64,000 bases of DNA from a virus (Duplodnaviria; Caudoviricetes), in IMG/VR virus record IMGVR_UViG_3300037781_000042, positions 32,001 through 96,000 of that record, one strand, 5' to 3'. This document shows, piece after piece, positions 19,608 through 28,918 of the stretch; within the stretch, counting starts at the first letter, position 1; the number at the start of each line of letters is the position of its first letter. Below the pieces are notes generated by a model that searched no databases, was not told where the DNA came from, and worked only from the letters and a program-made list of their open reading frames with translations. The position numbers and the translations under genes are program-made.

Positions 19608-20939
19608 ATGTTAATGTTTATTGGTATTTTAATAATTTTGGTAGGAATTGCATCCTTTGTACTTCCTCTTTTCCTAGATTTGGGTCCAAATAGTTTTTTG
19701 GTAAAAATGAAAACCAAAGTAAAATTGATTATTTTTGCTGTAGGTATTCTTTTTATGTTCTTTTCTAAATCTTTGATGTATTCTGTTCCAGGACATCAAT
19801 ATTTTGTAGTTGATCCCTTTGGAAATAAAAGTGCAATTATGAGTGAAGGTTATAAATTTATATTTCCTTTTTCATCCATTTCTGAATGGACAAAATATAT
19901 TGATATTAAAGTAGTATCGGAAAAAGATGTTAAAAGAAATAAAATAGATCTTTCTTTGATTGAAGGTGTTATGGATCCAACAGGAATTCGTTTCATTGAT
20001 CAAGTAACTGGAGATGTTTATATTTCAACTAGATTTAAATTGCCTTCTACTGAAAAAGATTTTATTGACATTGCTATAAAATATAGATCCGAAAGAAATC
20101 TTATTGACAATACTTTAATCCCTACAATTAGAGAAAATATTGTTAATACTGGATATATGTTTGCTGCACAGGATTATATTTCAGGAGAGTCTCAAAAATT
20201 TAGATCTACATTAGATGAACAGCTTAAATATGGTACTTACGCAGTAAATAAAATAGAAACAAGAGATACTGTTTATAGTGAATCTGATAAAGAAAAATCT
20301 AGAGAAATAAAAGAAATTCAAACTAAATATACTGTTGAAAAACAATTAGGAAAAGATGGGAGACCTATTAGAATTCCACATGAATTGACAGAAAACAATA
20401 TTACTGTTTCTCAAGTAATTGTAGACGCTGTAGATTTAAATAAAACGTTTAAGAAAAGATTAGAAGCACAAAGAGATGAATCGGCTAAACGTCAATTAGA
20501 ACAACAAAAAATTGAAACTGCAAAAGCTGCTCAATCTAGAATTATAGCAGAAGGCGAAAGAGATAAAGCTGCCGAAAGAGTAAATCAAGAAAAAGAACAA
20601 GTTAAAGCTTTGATTGCAATTGAAACACAATTGAAACAAGAAGAGACAAAAAGACAACTTGCTGAAATTGCTCTTAAAACCCAACAATTAGATGCGAAAA
20701 GAGTAATTGTAGATGCTGAAGCCCAAGCAAGAAAAAATAGATTATTAGTTCAAGCAGGTTTAACACCACAAGAAAGAGCAGAATGGAACTATAAAACTTC
20801 TGTAGAAGTTGCTAAACAAATGAAAGATTTAAAACTTCCAACTGTTATGGCTAATGGAGGCGGAGAAGGTTCTTCAAGTTTAGAAGGATTATTAAAAGTT
20901 GTTCTTGGGAAAGAATTACAAGAGAAAATGAAAAAATAA
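19608..20939 (+). CDS. SPFH/band-7 membrane protein
   Basis: Two N-terminal hydrophobic helices, SPFH-like core, and C-terminal AE..(K/R)-rich coiled coil. Confidence 0.8.
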   Translation: MLMFIGILIILVGIASFVLPLFLDLGPNSFLVKMKTKVKLIIFAVGILFMFFSKSLMYSVPGHQYFVVDPFGNKSAIMSEGYKFIFPFSSISEWTKYIDIKVVSEKDVKRNKIDLSLIEGVMDPTGIRFIDQVTGDVYISTRFKLPSTEKDFIDIAIKYRSERNLIDNTLIPTIRENIVNTGYMFAAQDYISGESQKFRSTLDEQLKYGTYAVNKIETRDTVYSESDKEKSREIKEIQTKYTVEKQLGKDGRPIRIPHELTENNITVSQVIVDAVDLNKTFKKRLEAQRDESAKRQLEQQKIETAKAAQSRIIAEGERDKAAERVNQEKEQVKALIAIETQLKQEETKRQLAEIALKTQQLDAKRVIVDAEAQARKNRLLVQAGLTPQERAEWNYKTSVEVAKQMKDLKLPTVMANGGGEGSSSLEGLLKVVLGKELQEKMKK

Positions 20940-20977
20940 ATTTGGCTCGTCACCGACTCTCTATTTTTTTTAGAGAT

Positions 20978-21010
20978 AAAGGCTATCTATTAATTTAGGT
21001 AGCCTTTTTT
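20978..21010 (+). terminator. intrinsic terminator
   Basis: GGCTATCT/AGGTAGCC stem followed by TTTTTT. Confidence 0.75.
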
Positions 21011-21054
21011 ATTGTCAAAAATATATAATTTTAGAATAACCCATTAAAAGTATT

Positions 21055-21231
21055 ATGAAAGCTTTATATTTAATTTTAGCAACACTTTTGTTATTTAGTT
21101 GTAATAACCCTCAAGGAAAAATTGTAATGTCACCAGAAGAATTTGGTGTAGGTGGCTTTATTTTATTAGGCTGCGCAATTGCCGTTTTTCCAGTAACTAT
21201 TTACTTAATGAAAAGAAAAAAGAAAAAGTAA
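21055..21231 (+). CDS. small lipoprotein-like membrane protein (58 aa, not in ORF track)
   Basis: MKALYLILATLLLFSC lipobox, a second hydrophobic helix and a KRKKKK tail. Confidence 0.6.
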   Translation: MKALYLILATLLLFSCNNPQGKIVMSPEEFGVGGFILLGCAIAVFPVTIYLMKRKKKK

Positions 21232-21251
21232 AACCTTAAGAAATCTCTTAA

Positions 21252-21260
21252 AATATATAG
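21252..21260 (+). promoter_or_regulatory. putative late promoter AATATATAG
   Basis: Exact 9-mer upstream of the collagen-2 gene. Confidence 0.6.
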
Positions 21261-21284
21261 AGTATATCTTGAAATTACTCTATA

Positions 21285-24200
21285 ATGGCAATTTTTAATA
21301 AAGCAGATCAGCTTTATAAGCATCTATTAAATAAAAAATTAACTTCTTCTAATAAAGATTATTATGAAGAGGTTACTGATTCTCGAATAGGGAATATTGC
21401 TGCTCAATATATTTGGGCAGATAATATTTCTGAAACTCCTCCTGTTTCTACAACAGCAACAATTCAAGTTTATACAGATAAAATTCTAAAAGAAGATCCT
21501 ACTGTAGATGATTCTAGAGTATGGAGTGCTGTTACAGATCATTCTATCGATCATGATTTTTCTGCTCGTTCAGATGGATCAAATCCTAGATTAGCTAATT
21601 GGATTCCTCCTCAATTTGGAGAAGATTATAGAATAGTAATTAAAGATTCATTAGGAAATGAACTTTCAAGATATACTGATTGGCTATTTGATTACGAAAC
21701 AGGTACATTAGTTTTTGCAGATACTCCTCCAGTAAATAGACCTTTTTCTGTTACAGGATATAGATACATAGGAAATTTAGGTATTACTTCTGCTACAGGA
21801 TTTACTGGCGCTCAAGGTGCTCAGGGACCACAAGGAAATCAAGGTAATCAAGGATGGCAAGGGATTCCTGGTTCTGCTACAGCAACAGGTGCTCAAGGAA
21901 ATCAAGGAAACCAGGGAGATTTTGGACCACAGGGATGGCAAGGTAACCAAGGTAACCAAGGAAACCAGGGTAACCAAGGATGGCAAGGTAATGCAGGTAC
22001 TATAGGTGCTGATGGGGTGCAAGGAAACCAGGGTAACCAAGGATGGCAAGGATTTGGTGGGGTTCCTGGTCCTACAGGTGCTCAAGGATGGCAGGGTAAT
22101 CAGGGTAACCAGGGTTGGCAAGGTTCTAAAGGAGATCAAGGTATTAGAGGTTTTCAAGGTAACCAAGGTAACCAAGGATGGCAAGGAAACCAAGGTAACC
22201 AGGGTTGGCAAGGGATTCCTGGTTCTGCTACAGCAACAGGTGCTCAAGGTAATGAAGGTCCTCAAGGTGGAATAGGTCCTCAAGGTAATCAAGGTAATCA
22301 AGGATGGCAGGGTAATCAAGGTAATCAGGGTTGGCAAGGTTCTGGTGTACAAGGCAATCAAGGTAATCAAGGTAATCAAGGATGGCAGGGTTCTGGCGTT
22401 CAAGGATCTCAAGGCAATCAAGGATGGCAGGGTAATCAAGGTAATCAAGGATGGCAAGGTTCTGGTGTACAAGGCAATCAAGGATGGCAAGGATTTAAAG
22501 GAGATAAAGGTAATCAAGGAAATAAAGGTAACCAAGGAGATTTTGGTCCTACTGGTGTACAAGGTAACCAGGGTAACCAAGGATGGCAAGGTTCTATCGG
22601 ATTTCAAGGCAACCAAGGATGGCAAGGTGAAAAAGGAGACACTGGAGATACTGGAGATCAAGGTGTGCAAGGTAACCAGGGTAACCAAGGATGGCAAGGT
22701 TCTGGTGTACAAGGATCTCAGGGTTTAAAAGGTAATCAAGGTAATCAAGGATGGCAAGGTTCTAAAGGAGATATTGGTTTACAGGGTTGGCAAGGTTCTA
22801 AAGGAGATACTGGAGATACTGGAGATCAAGGTGTACAAGGTAACCAGGGTAACCAGGGTAGAAGAGGATTCCAAGGTTTAGTTGGGAATCAGGGTAATCA
22901 AGGATGGCAAGGTAATCAAGGATGGCAAGGTGAAATAGGTCCGACTGGTTCTACGGGGGTACAAGGTAACCAGGGTAACCAGGGTAACCAAGGTTTAAAA
23001 GGAAACCAGGGTAACCAAGGATGGCAAGGTGAAATAGGTCCAACGGGTCCAACTGGAGATCAAGGTGTACAAGGGAATAAAGGGAATCAAGGGAATCAAG
23101 GTAGAAGAGGATTTCAAGGTTTAGTTGGGAATCAGGGTAACCAAGGATGGCAGGGTAATCAAGGTAACCAAGGTAACCAGGGTTGGCAAGGTTTAAAAGG
23201 AGATACTGGTGTACAAGGTAATCAAGGTAACCAAGGATGGCAAGGTTTTAAAGGAGATACTGGTGTACAAGGTACCCAAGGTAATCAAGGATGGCAAGGT
23301 GAAATAGGTCCGACTGGTTCTACGGGGGTACAAGGGTCTCAAGGTTTAAGAGGATATCAGGGTAACCAAGGATGGCAAGGTAATGCAGGAACAGATGGTA
23401 ACCAAGGTAACCAAGGAAATCAAGGTAACCAGGGTAATCAAGGATGGCAAGGTTTAATTGGTTTACAGGGTGTACAAGGAAATCAGGGTAACCAAGGTAA
23501 CCAAGGTAATGTTGGATTCCAAGGTAATCAAGGTAATCAAGGAAACCAAGGTAATCAAGGACCTTTAACTTTAGCAGGAGACAATTGGGCATATAACACT
23601 AAAACTATTTATGGTTATGGAGCACCATGTACTTATGAACCGCCATTATTAAAATTTGAAGGTTCGTTAGTAGGAGCTGAAGTTTCTTTAAAGGATGAAC
23701 ATTTTGTAGATACTGATGTTACTTTATCAGGCTCGTTGACTAAAAAACATTTTTATTACGATTTAAATTTTAAATGGAACGGAGATTCTGATAATCATTC
23801 AAACGCTTCAGATGTAGATGAAATTTACATCGGAGTATATTTTTACAACAATGATGATTCTGTATATGAATTAGTAGATTCTTATAGAGCTTCAGCAGAT
23901 GAAAATTTAGATTATTCTTTACAAACTAGAGCAGCTTTTTATCCTACAGATGATACAAAAACTTCTAGATTTAAGATAATTCTTTCTACTAGTTCAACAT
24001 TTACTACAACAAGTACTATTACACCAAATGCGAATTTAGATAAGTTTTTATTTGAATTTAATGTGTATGAAGTTGCTATTGGATCATATAGAGGATTTTC
24101 TAGTGGAGGACCTGGATTCCAAAAATATCAAGCAATTGTTGCTTCTGGTATAAATGTTCCTGAGTCAAACACTGGAGATACTTATGTTGACATGTCAGAC

Positions 24201-26813
24201 TGTTCTATTTATAAAAAAGGAAATACTTGTAAAGAAAATTCTAATGGATTTTTACTTTATAATGATAGTACTTCTACTGATGTAGAACAATATTATAGAG
24301 GATTCCAATCTTCTATTGAATTGAATACAGGAAGTTTAAAAAATGTTATAGATGGAAATACTTTAGATTATAGTCAATCTGATGATGGTTTAGATTATAC
24401 AAATAATATAATTTTAACAGAAACTTTAAGTATTGTAAACCATAAAGAAACTTCTGAAAATGATTTATTTTTATACGGGTACAATTTATTTGAAAAATTT
24501 GATGATCCTACAAATTCTGATTATCAAACAATATTAGAAAATTTAAGAGATTCTAATAATGAATTATACGTTTATTTAGATTTCTTATTATATGAAGATA
24601 CAGATAGAGTTGGAAATACTTTAACTATAGATACTCAAGAAGGGTCTAAGATTCCGCATGAACCTCTTACAGAAGATTTTGATTATGGAGTATGGTTAGT
24701 AGATAAAGATTCATATCAATTTAAAAATATGAAAAAATGGAATCGTATAGATTTAAATTCATATTTAACAGCCGAAACTTTATCAAGTACAAGTAAGACA
24801 TATAAAATTTATAATGGATCTACTAGTTATTCTACAAATACTGTTACAGATTGTTATAAAGTAACTTCTGTAATGTTGAAATATAATGCATTTACGGATG
24901 GAGGAGAACCTTTAGGAGTAGATGGTTATTGGGATGTAGTAGAAATTAATAAAGAATTAAAAGATATAAATATTTCAGCAGATTCTTATTATCCTATTAA
25001 ACCTACTAGAGATGTTCTTATAGATTCTGTATCTGCTACAGAAGAAGAATTAAATAAATTGTATACTTGGGGGTCTCCTGGAGTGTCTTTAGATACTTCT
25101 ACATTTACTGTAGAATGGGATTTCTCTAAAGATTTTATTGGATCTAATTATAACGAATTTATTTATAAAGCTAAATATTATAATTGGTCAAATTCTTCTT
25201 TTGATGAATTTACTACAGGAGGCGGATGGTCAGGTACAATAAATCGAGAAATGTATAATCCTAATACAGAATCTTGGGTAGATGTAAGTTCTGATGAATT
25301 TGATATTGATACCAATAAAGTAGATTGTGACACTGATACCTATACAAAATTAAGATATACGTGTTCAAATGGTAATGGTGCAGGAACTATTACTTTAAAT
25401 ACAATGGCCGTTGTAGTAGATTTAGGATGTATGGCAGACTGTTGTTGGGAAAAAATTGGAACACAGGATTGTGGAAGTTGTGGATGCAATGACTCCACAG
25501 ATTGTGATGAGGTTACTACAGTAGATTACGCTGGATATTTAGATGATACTTATTATAATACTCATCCTAAACCGCTTTCATTAAAATCTGTGTCTTGTGA
25601 AGATGCTCCATCTTGTTTTGAAGTTCCTTTCAGCTTTGTTGAAAATACATATTCATCTGATATTAATTATCACAACAGTGTTAGAAATTCTAAATATGGA
25701 TGGGACAAATATGATAATGACCAGATAGTAGAAATAGGATATAATGATGGATTAGGTGATTTTTGGATAACATATAAACTTAAAAAAGGGGTAACTATAT
25801 GTACTGATGGTCTTCATACAAAAACTATAGATTATGGAGATACTGTTTATACTTACGTTTCAGAAGATGGAACAACTTGGTATGATTGGGCAACCCCATC
25901 AAATAGAACTGATTTTGAAGATTGTAATGAAAAGAAAGTAAGATACATTAAGATAGAATCTGAAGGTACTTTTGATTTAGAATACATTTATTTAAATGCT
26001 AAAAATTGTGGTGATGGGTGTTGTTATTCTTCAGCTAGACCAGATAATTATCATTATGAAGATACTTACAGTGCAGTTCAAGTTTATTATATTGGGGATT
26101 CCGTAAACTATAATGATAACATTTATATTAATCAATCAGATGAACCTTTAATCGGTGTTACTCCGGGAACAGGAGATTGGTCTTATTTTGCAAATTCAGA
26201 TCCTACAGGACTAGTTGGGCCTCAAGGTAACCAAGGAGTAAATGGTTCTAATGGTAACCAGGGTAACCAAGGGAATCAGGGTTCTGGAGGAGATACTGGT
26301 AATCAAGGTAACCAAGGTAACCAGGGATTGGTTGGTGCATCTGGTGGAGGATGGGATGAAGAGGAAATAGTCACTTCTCAAGAAACTTTTACAACAGCAA
26401 CGTTAAGTACATCATCTGCGTTAGATATATCTTCCGGTTTACCTGCATCTGGAGTAGGCGAAACTTTATATGAGATAGAATTTAAATTGGCATTAGATGT
26501 TCAAGGCGCTTTAACCGGATATAAAATTGAAATAGAAGGAACACAAAATCATAATAGCGATATAACTTATTTATGTTCTGAAGGAGGTTCATTGTCAGGT
26601 AATTATGTTATCAATAGTATGACGTCTGATATATTTACAGCTACTGTACCTAACTTTACAGGAAAGTTCTTTGTTGAAGGTTCAGGTGTAATAGAAACTG
26701 CTGCTTTAGCATCTGATGTTAGAGTTCAAATAGCATGTGACGATGATACAGGTCCAAATCAAATTCAATTGAATAATGGAAGTTATTTAAGATTAAAGAA
26801 TATTTCACCTTAA
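21285..26813 (+). CDS. collagen-like virion fibre protein 2, multidomain
   Basis: About 195 Gly-X-Y triplets (~21800-23565), a second short collagen tract near 26215-26345, Cys-rich linkers, and a CBM5/12-like Y..GD.V.YN..IY....P....W motif. Confidence 0.85.
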   Translation: MAIFNKADQLYKHLLNKKLTSSNKDYYEEVTDSRIGNIAAQYIWADNISETPPVSTTATIQVYTDKILKEDPTVDDSRVWSAVTDHSIDHDFSARSDGSNPRLANWIPPQFGEDYRIVIKDSLGNELSRYTDWLFDYETGTLVFADTPPVNRPFSVTGYRYIGNLGITSATGFTGAQGAQGPQGNQGNQGWQGIPGSATATGAQGNQGNQGDFGPQGWQGNQGNQGNQGNQGWQGNAGTIGADGVQGNQGNQGWQGFGGVPGPTGAQGWQGNQGNQGWQGSKGDQGIRGFQGNQGNQGWQGNQGNQGWQGIPGSATATGAQGNEGPQGGIGPQGNQGNQGWQGNQGNQGWQGSGVQGNQGNQGNQGWQGSGVQGSQGNQGWQGNQGNQGWQGSGVQGNQGWQGFKGDKGNQGNKGNQGDFGPTGVQGNQGNQGWQGSIGFQGNQGWQGEKGDTGDTGDQGVQGNQGNQGWQGSGVQGSQGLKGNQGNQGWQGSKGDIGLQGWQGSKGDTGDTGDQGVQGNQGNQGRRGFQGLVGNQGNQGWQGNQGWQGEIGPTGSTGVQGNQGNQGNQGLKGNQGNQGWQGEIGPTGPTGDQGVQGNKGNQGNQGRRGFQGLVGNQGNQGWQGNQGNQGNQGWQGLKGDTGVQGNQGNQGWQGFKGDTGVQGTQGNQGWQGEIGPTGSTGVQGSQGLRGYQGNQGWQGNAGTDGNQGNQGNQGNQGNQGWQGLIGLQGVQGNQGNQGNQGNVGFQGNQGNQGNQGNQGPLTLAGDNWAYNTKTIYGYGAPCTYEPPLLKFEGSLVGAEVSLKDEHFVDTDVTLSGSLTKKHFYYDLNFKWNGDSDNHSNASDVDEIYIGVYFYNNDDSVYELVDSYRASADENLDYSLQTRAAFYPTDDTKTSRFKIILSTSSTFTTTSTITPNANLDKFLFEFNVYEVAIGSYRGFSSGGPGFQKYQAIVASGINVPESNTGDTYVDMSDCSIYKKGNTCKENSNGFLLYNDSTSTDVEQYYRGFQSSIELNTGSLKNVIDGNTLDYSQSDDGLDYTNNIILTETLSIVNHKETSENDLFLYGYNLFEKFDDPTNSDYQTILENLRDSNNELYVYLDFLLYEDTDRVGNTLTIDTQEGSKIPHEPLTEDFDYGVWLVDKDSYQFKNMKKWNRIDLNSYLTAETLSSTSKTYKIYNGSTSYSTNTVTDCYKVTSVMLKYNAFTDGGEPLGVDGYWDVVEINKELKDINISADSYYPIKPTRDVLIDSVSATEEELNKLYTWGSPGVSLDTSTFTVEWDFSKDFIGSNYNEFIYKAKYYNWSNSSFDEFTTGGGWSGTINREMYNPNTESWVDVSSDEFDIDTNKVDCDTDTYTKLRYTCSNGNGAGTITLNTMAVVVDLGCMADCCWEKIGTQDCGSCGCNDSTDCDEVTTVDYAGYLDDTYYNTHPKPLSLKSVSCEDAPSCFEVPFSFVENTYSSDINYHNSVRNSKYGWDKYDNDQIVEIGYNDGLGDFWITYKLKKGVTICTDGLHTKTIDYGDTVYTYVSEDGTTWYDWATPSNRTDFEDCNEKKVRYIKIESEGTFDLEYIYLNAKNCGDGCCYSSARPDNYHYEDTYSAVQVYYIGDSVNYNDNIYINQSDEPLIGVTPGTGDWSYFANSDPTGLVGPQGNQGVNGSNGNQGNQGNQGSGGDTGNQGNQGNQGLVGASGGGWDEEEIVTSQETFTTATLSTSSALDISSGLPASGVGETLYEIEFKLALDVQGALTGYKIEIEGTQNHNSDITYLCSEGGSLSGNYVINSMTSDIFTATVPNFTGKFFVEGSGVIETAALASDVRVQIACDDDTGPNQIQLNNGSYLRLKNISP

Positions 26814-26836
26814 AATTATAGACTAAACTAAATTTT

Positions 26837-26845
26837 AATATATAG
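26837..26845 (+). promoter_or_regulatory. putative late promoter AATATATAG
   Basis: Exact 9-mer upstream of prohead protease. Confidence 0.65.
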
Positions 26846-26894
26846 ATTATATTTTAAAATAAAAAATCTTCATTGAAGATTAGTAAAAAAAGAA

Positions 26895-28862
26895 ATGAAA
26901 AAACCACTATTAATATTACAAAAACACGATTTTCTTATTGAAAGTACGGAGTACAATCAACAAGAAGGTACGATGATTTTAGAAGGTACTTTTGCAGTAT
27001 TTGATAAAGTAAATAATAATTCTAGAATTTATGAAGCGGCTGCTTATTTACCTCATTTGAAGTATTTGCAGGAAAAAGCAAAAAGAAGAAAATTGTATGG
27101 TGAAATAGATCATCCTGATAGATTTGATGTTGCTTTATCTAAAGCATCTCACTTAGTTGAATCTATTTGGCACGATCCTAAAACTAATACAATTAAAGGA
27201 AGAGTTAAATTATTAAAAACTAAATATGGCGATCATATTAAAGGAATTATAGAGTCTGGAGGAGTAGTAAGTATTTCATCTAGATCTGCTGGTTCTGTAA
27301 ATGAAAGTACTAGAAAAGTTGATATTAAAAGAATATTTACTTATGATTTTGTTGGTGAAGGAGGTTTTGGAAACAGTGCTGAATTAAGTTTAGTAAATGA
27401 AAGCTTTAATGTAGAAGATCCGAACGTATCTATTTACGAAGTATCTGATGAATTTATTGCTAATACTAAGGAGCCAGAAATTAAAAGTTTTATAAATGAA
27501 ATGTTAGTTGAATTAAACCCAGAAGAACAAGGGGTTTTAAATGAAACTAAATATATAGATAAAGATTCAAATAAACAAAAACAAAATACAATGAAAGAAA
27601 ATTTCGTAACCAAAGAACAGATGAAAGGTTACTCTGAAATGGTTAAAGAAAATTTTGATAATCTAAAAAATAAAGTTAACGAATTATCTAAAGGAACAAC
27701 TGATAAAGCTCTTTTAGAAAATTATAATGAAGTTAAAGCTGAAATTTCTAAGATTATTGAATATTCTGAGCATATAGCAGAGAACTTTAATAATAACGAA
27801 ACTACAGTAGAAAAGTTAAAATCTTTTGTTAATTATTTAGCAGAAAATTTAAATAAAGTAATTAATTATTCTGATTACTTATCTTCTACTATAGGAAAAG
27901 ATATTCAATCGTTAAGAGAAGAAAACGAAAAAATAATCCAGTATTCTAATTACATTGCTGAAAATGTTGAAAATAACATTAAATATTCAGAGTATTTAGC
28001 AGAAGGATTAAATGATGTTGTAGATCATAACGATTATATTGCTGAGAATGTAAATAAAAACAGACAATATTCTGAATATCTAGCTGAACACATTAATAAT
28101 AATATTGAGTATTCTGAATACGTTGCTGAAAATGTAAACAAAGCAATTCAGTATTCTGAATATTTAGCAGAAAATGTAAATAAAAATATTGAGTATTCTG
28201 AGTATGTTGCTGAGAATGTAAACAAAGCAATTGAATATTCAAATTATATTTCAGAAAATTTAGATAAATCTATTCAGTATTCTGAATATATTGCAGAGAA
28301 CGCACTACCTTCTTTACCAAATAAAGAAGTAAATGAATCTCTATCTGAAAAAATGACTTCTTTCTTAACATCAGTTGAAAAACAAAAAACTGAAATTAAC
28401 AAGAAAAAGCATTTAACATCTTTCTTGACTGAAGCTAATCAGGAAAAATTTGAAAAATTACCTGAAACTGATAAACAAAAAGTTTTAGTTGCTGTATTAG
28501 AAAATCAATGTCAAAATGAAGAAGATGTTTTAAAGGTTTGGGAACAAATTTTAACTACTCCTGAGAGAGCTAGATTAAAATTCATTTTCGAACACATGCC
28601 GGCAAGCGTAAAAGCTGGATGGGATAACTTAGATGAAGCTAAACAACATAAGCTTTTAGAGAAATCTAAATTCTTTGATTTGAGCAGCTCTATTAAAGTT
28701 AAGGATTTTTGGATGAAATCAGGATTGATTCAAAAAGAATCTCCATTAGATAAAATTAATGAGAGTCTTTCACAATCATCTTTATATTCACCATCTAATG
28801 ATTCTAAAGATACGACAAAGAAATTAGGATATTCGATCGATAGATTTAAAGATTTATTGTAA
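26895..28862 (+). CDS. prohead protease (T4 gp21-like) fused to scaffold/core domain
   Basis: N.N.RIY, LYGEIDHP (His) and SISSRSAG (Ser) motifs, then ~420 aa of helical repeats; immediately upstream of the capsid gene. Confidence 0.9.
   Translation: MKKPLLILQKHDFLIESTEYNQQEGTMILEGTFAVFDKVNNNSRIYEAAAYLPHLKYLQEKAKRRKLYGEIDHPDRFDVALSKASHLVESIWHDPKTNTIKGRVKLLKTKYGDHIKGIIESGGVVSISSRSAGSVNESTRKVDIKRIFTYDFVGEGGFGNSAELSLVNESFNVEDPNVSIYEVSDEFIANTKEPEIKSFINEMLVELNPEEQGVLNETKYIDKDSNKQKQNTMKENFVTKEQMKGYSEMVKENFDNLKNKVNELSKGTTDKALLENYNEVKAEISKIIEYSEHIAENFNNNETTVEKLKSFVNYLAENLNKVINYSDYLSSTIGKDIQSLREENEKIIQYSNYIAENVENNIKYSEYLAEGLNDVVDHNDYIAENVNKNRQYSEYLAEHINNNIEYSEYVAENVNKAIQYSEYLAENVNKNIEYSEYVAENVNKAIEYSNYISENLDKSIQYSEYIAENALPSLPNKEVNESLSEKMTSFLTSVEKQKTEINKKKHLTSFLTEANQEKFEKLPETDKQKVLVAVLENQCQNEEDVLKVWEQILTTPERARLKFIFEHMPASVKAGWDNLDEAKQHKLLEKSKFFDLSSSIKVKDFWMKSGLIQKESPLDKINESLSQSSLYSPSNDSKDTTKKLGYSIDRFKDLL
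27550..27558 (+). promoter_or_regulatory. intragenic putative late promoter AATATATAG
   Basis: Exact 9-mer inside the protease ORF, 32 nt before in-frame ATG 27591. Confidence 0.5.
27591..28862 (+). CDS. nested in-frame scaffold/prohead core protein (gp22-like role)
   Basis: In-frame ATG (codon 233) with an A-rich leader resembling the capsid-gene leader and its own late motif. Confidence 0.55.
   Translation: MKENFVTKEQMKGYSEMVKENFDNLKNKVNELSKGTTDKALLENYNEVKAEISKIIEYSEHIAENFNNNETTVEKLKSFVNYLAENLNKVINYSDYLSSTIGKDIQSLREENEKIIQYSNYIAENVENNIKYSEYLAEGLNDVVDHNDYIAENVNKNRQYSEYLAEHINNNIEYSEYVAENVNKAIQYSEYLAENVNKNIEYSEYVAENVNKAIEYSNYISENLDKSIQYSEYIAENALPSLPNKEVNESLSEKMTSFLTSVEKQKTEINKKKHLTSFLTEANQEKFEKLPETDKQKVLVAVLENQCQNEEDVLKVWEQILTTPERARLKFIFEHMPASVKAGWDNLDEAKQHKLLEKSKFFDLSSSIKVKDFWMKSGLIQKESPLDKINESLSQSSLYSPSNDSKDTTKKLGYSIDRFKDLL
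27939..28302 (+). repeat. 14-aa (42-nt) coding repeat YSEY(L/V/I)AENVNK.I x9
   Basis: Nine contiguous 14-residue units visible in the translation. Confidence 0.85.
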
Positions 28863-28870
28863 GAAATTCT

Positions 28871-28879
28871 AATATATAG
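28871..28879 (+). promoter_or_regulatory. putative late promoter AATATATAG
   Basis: Exact 9-mer upstream of the major capsid gene. Confidence 0.65.
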
Positions 28880-28918
28880 ATTATAATTTTTAAATAAAAA
28901 CAAATAAAAGAAAATAAA

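Noticed and set aside
28624-28636. 13-nt match (ATAACTTAGATGA) between the putative TnpB guide region (46140-46152) and the protease/scaffold gene
   Set aside because: Short AT-rich match with mismatched flanks and no plausible TAM; likely chance unless guide mapping starts exactly at 46140.
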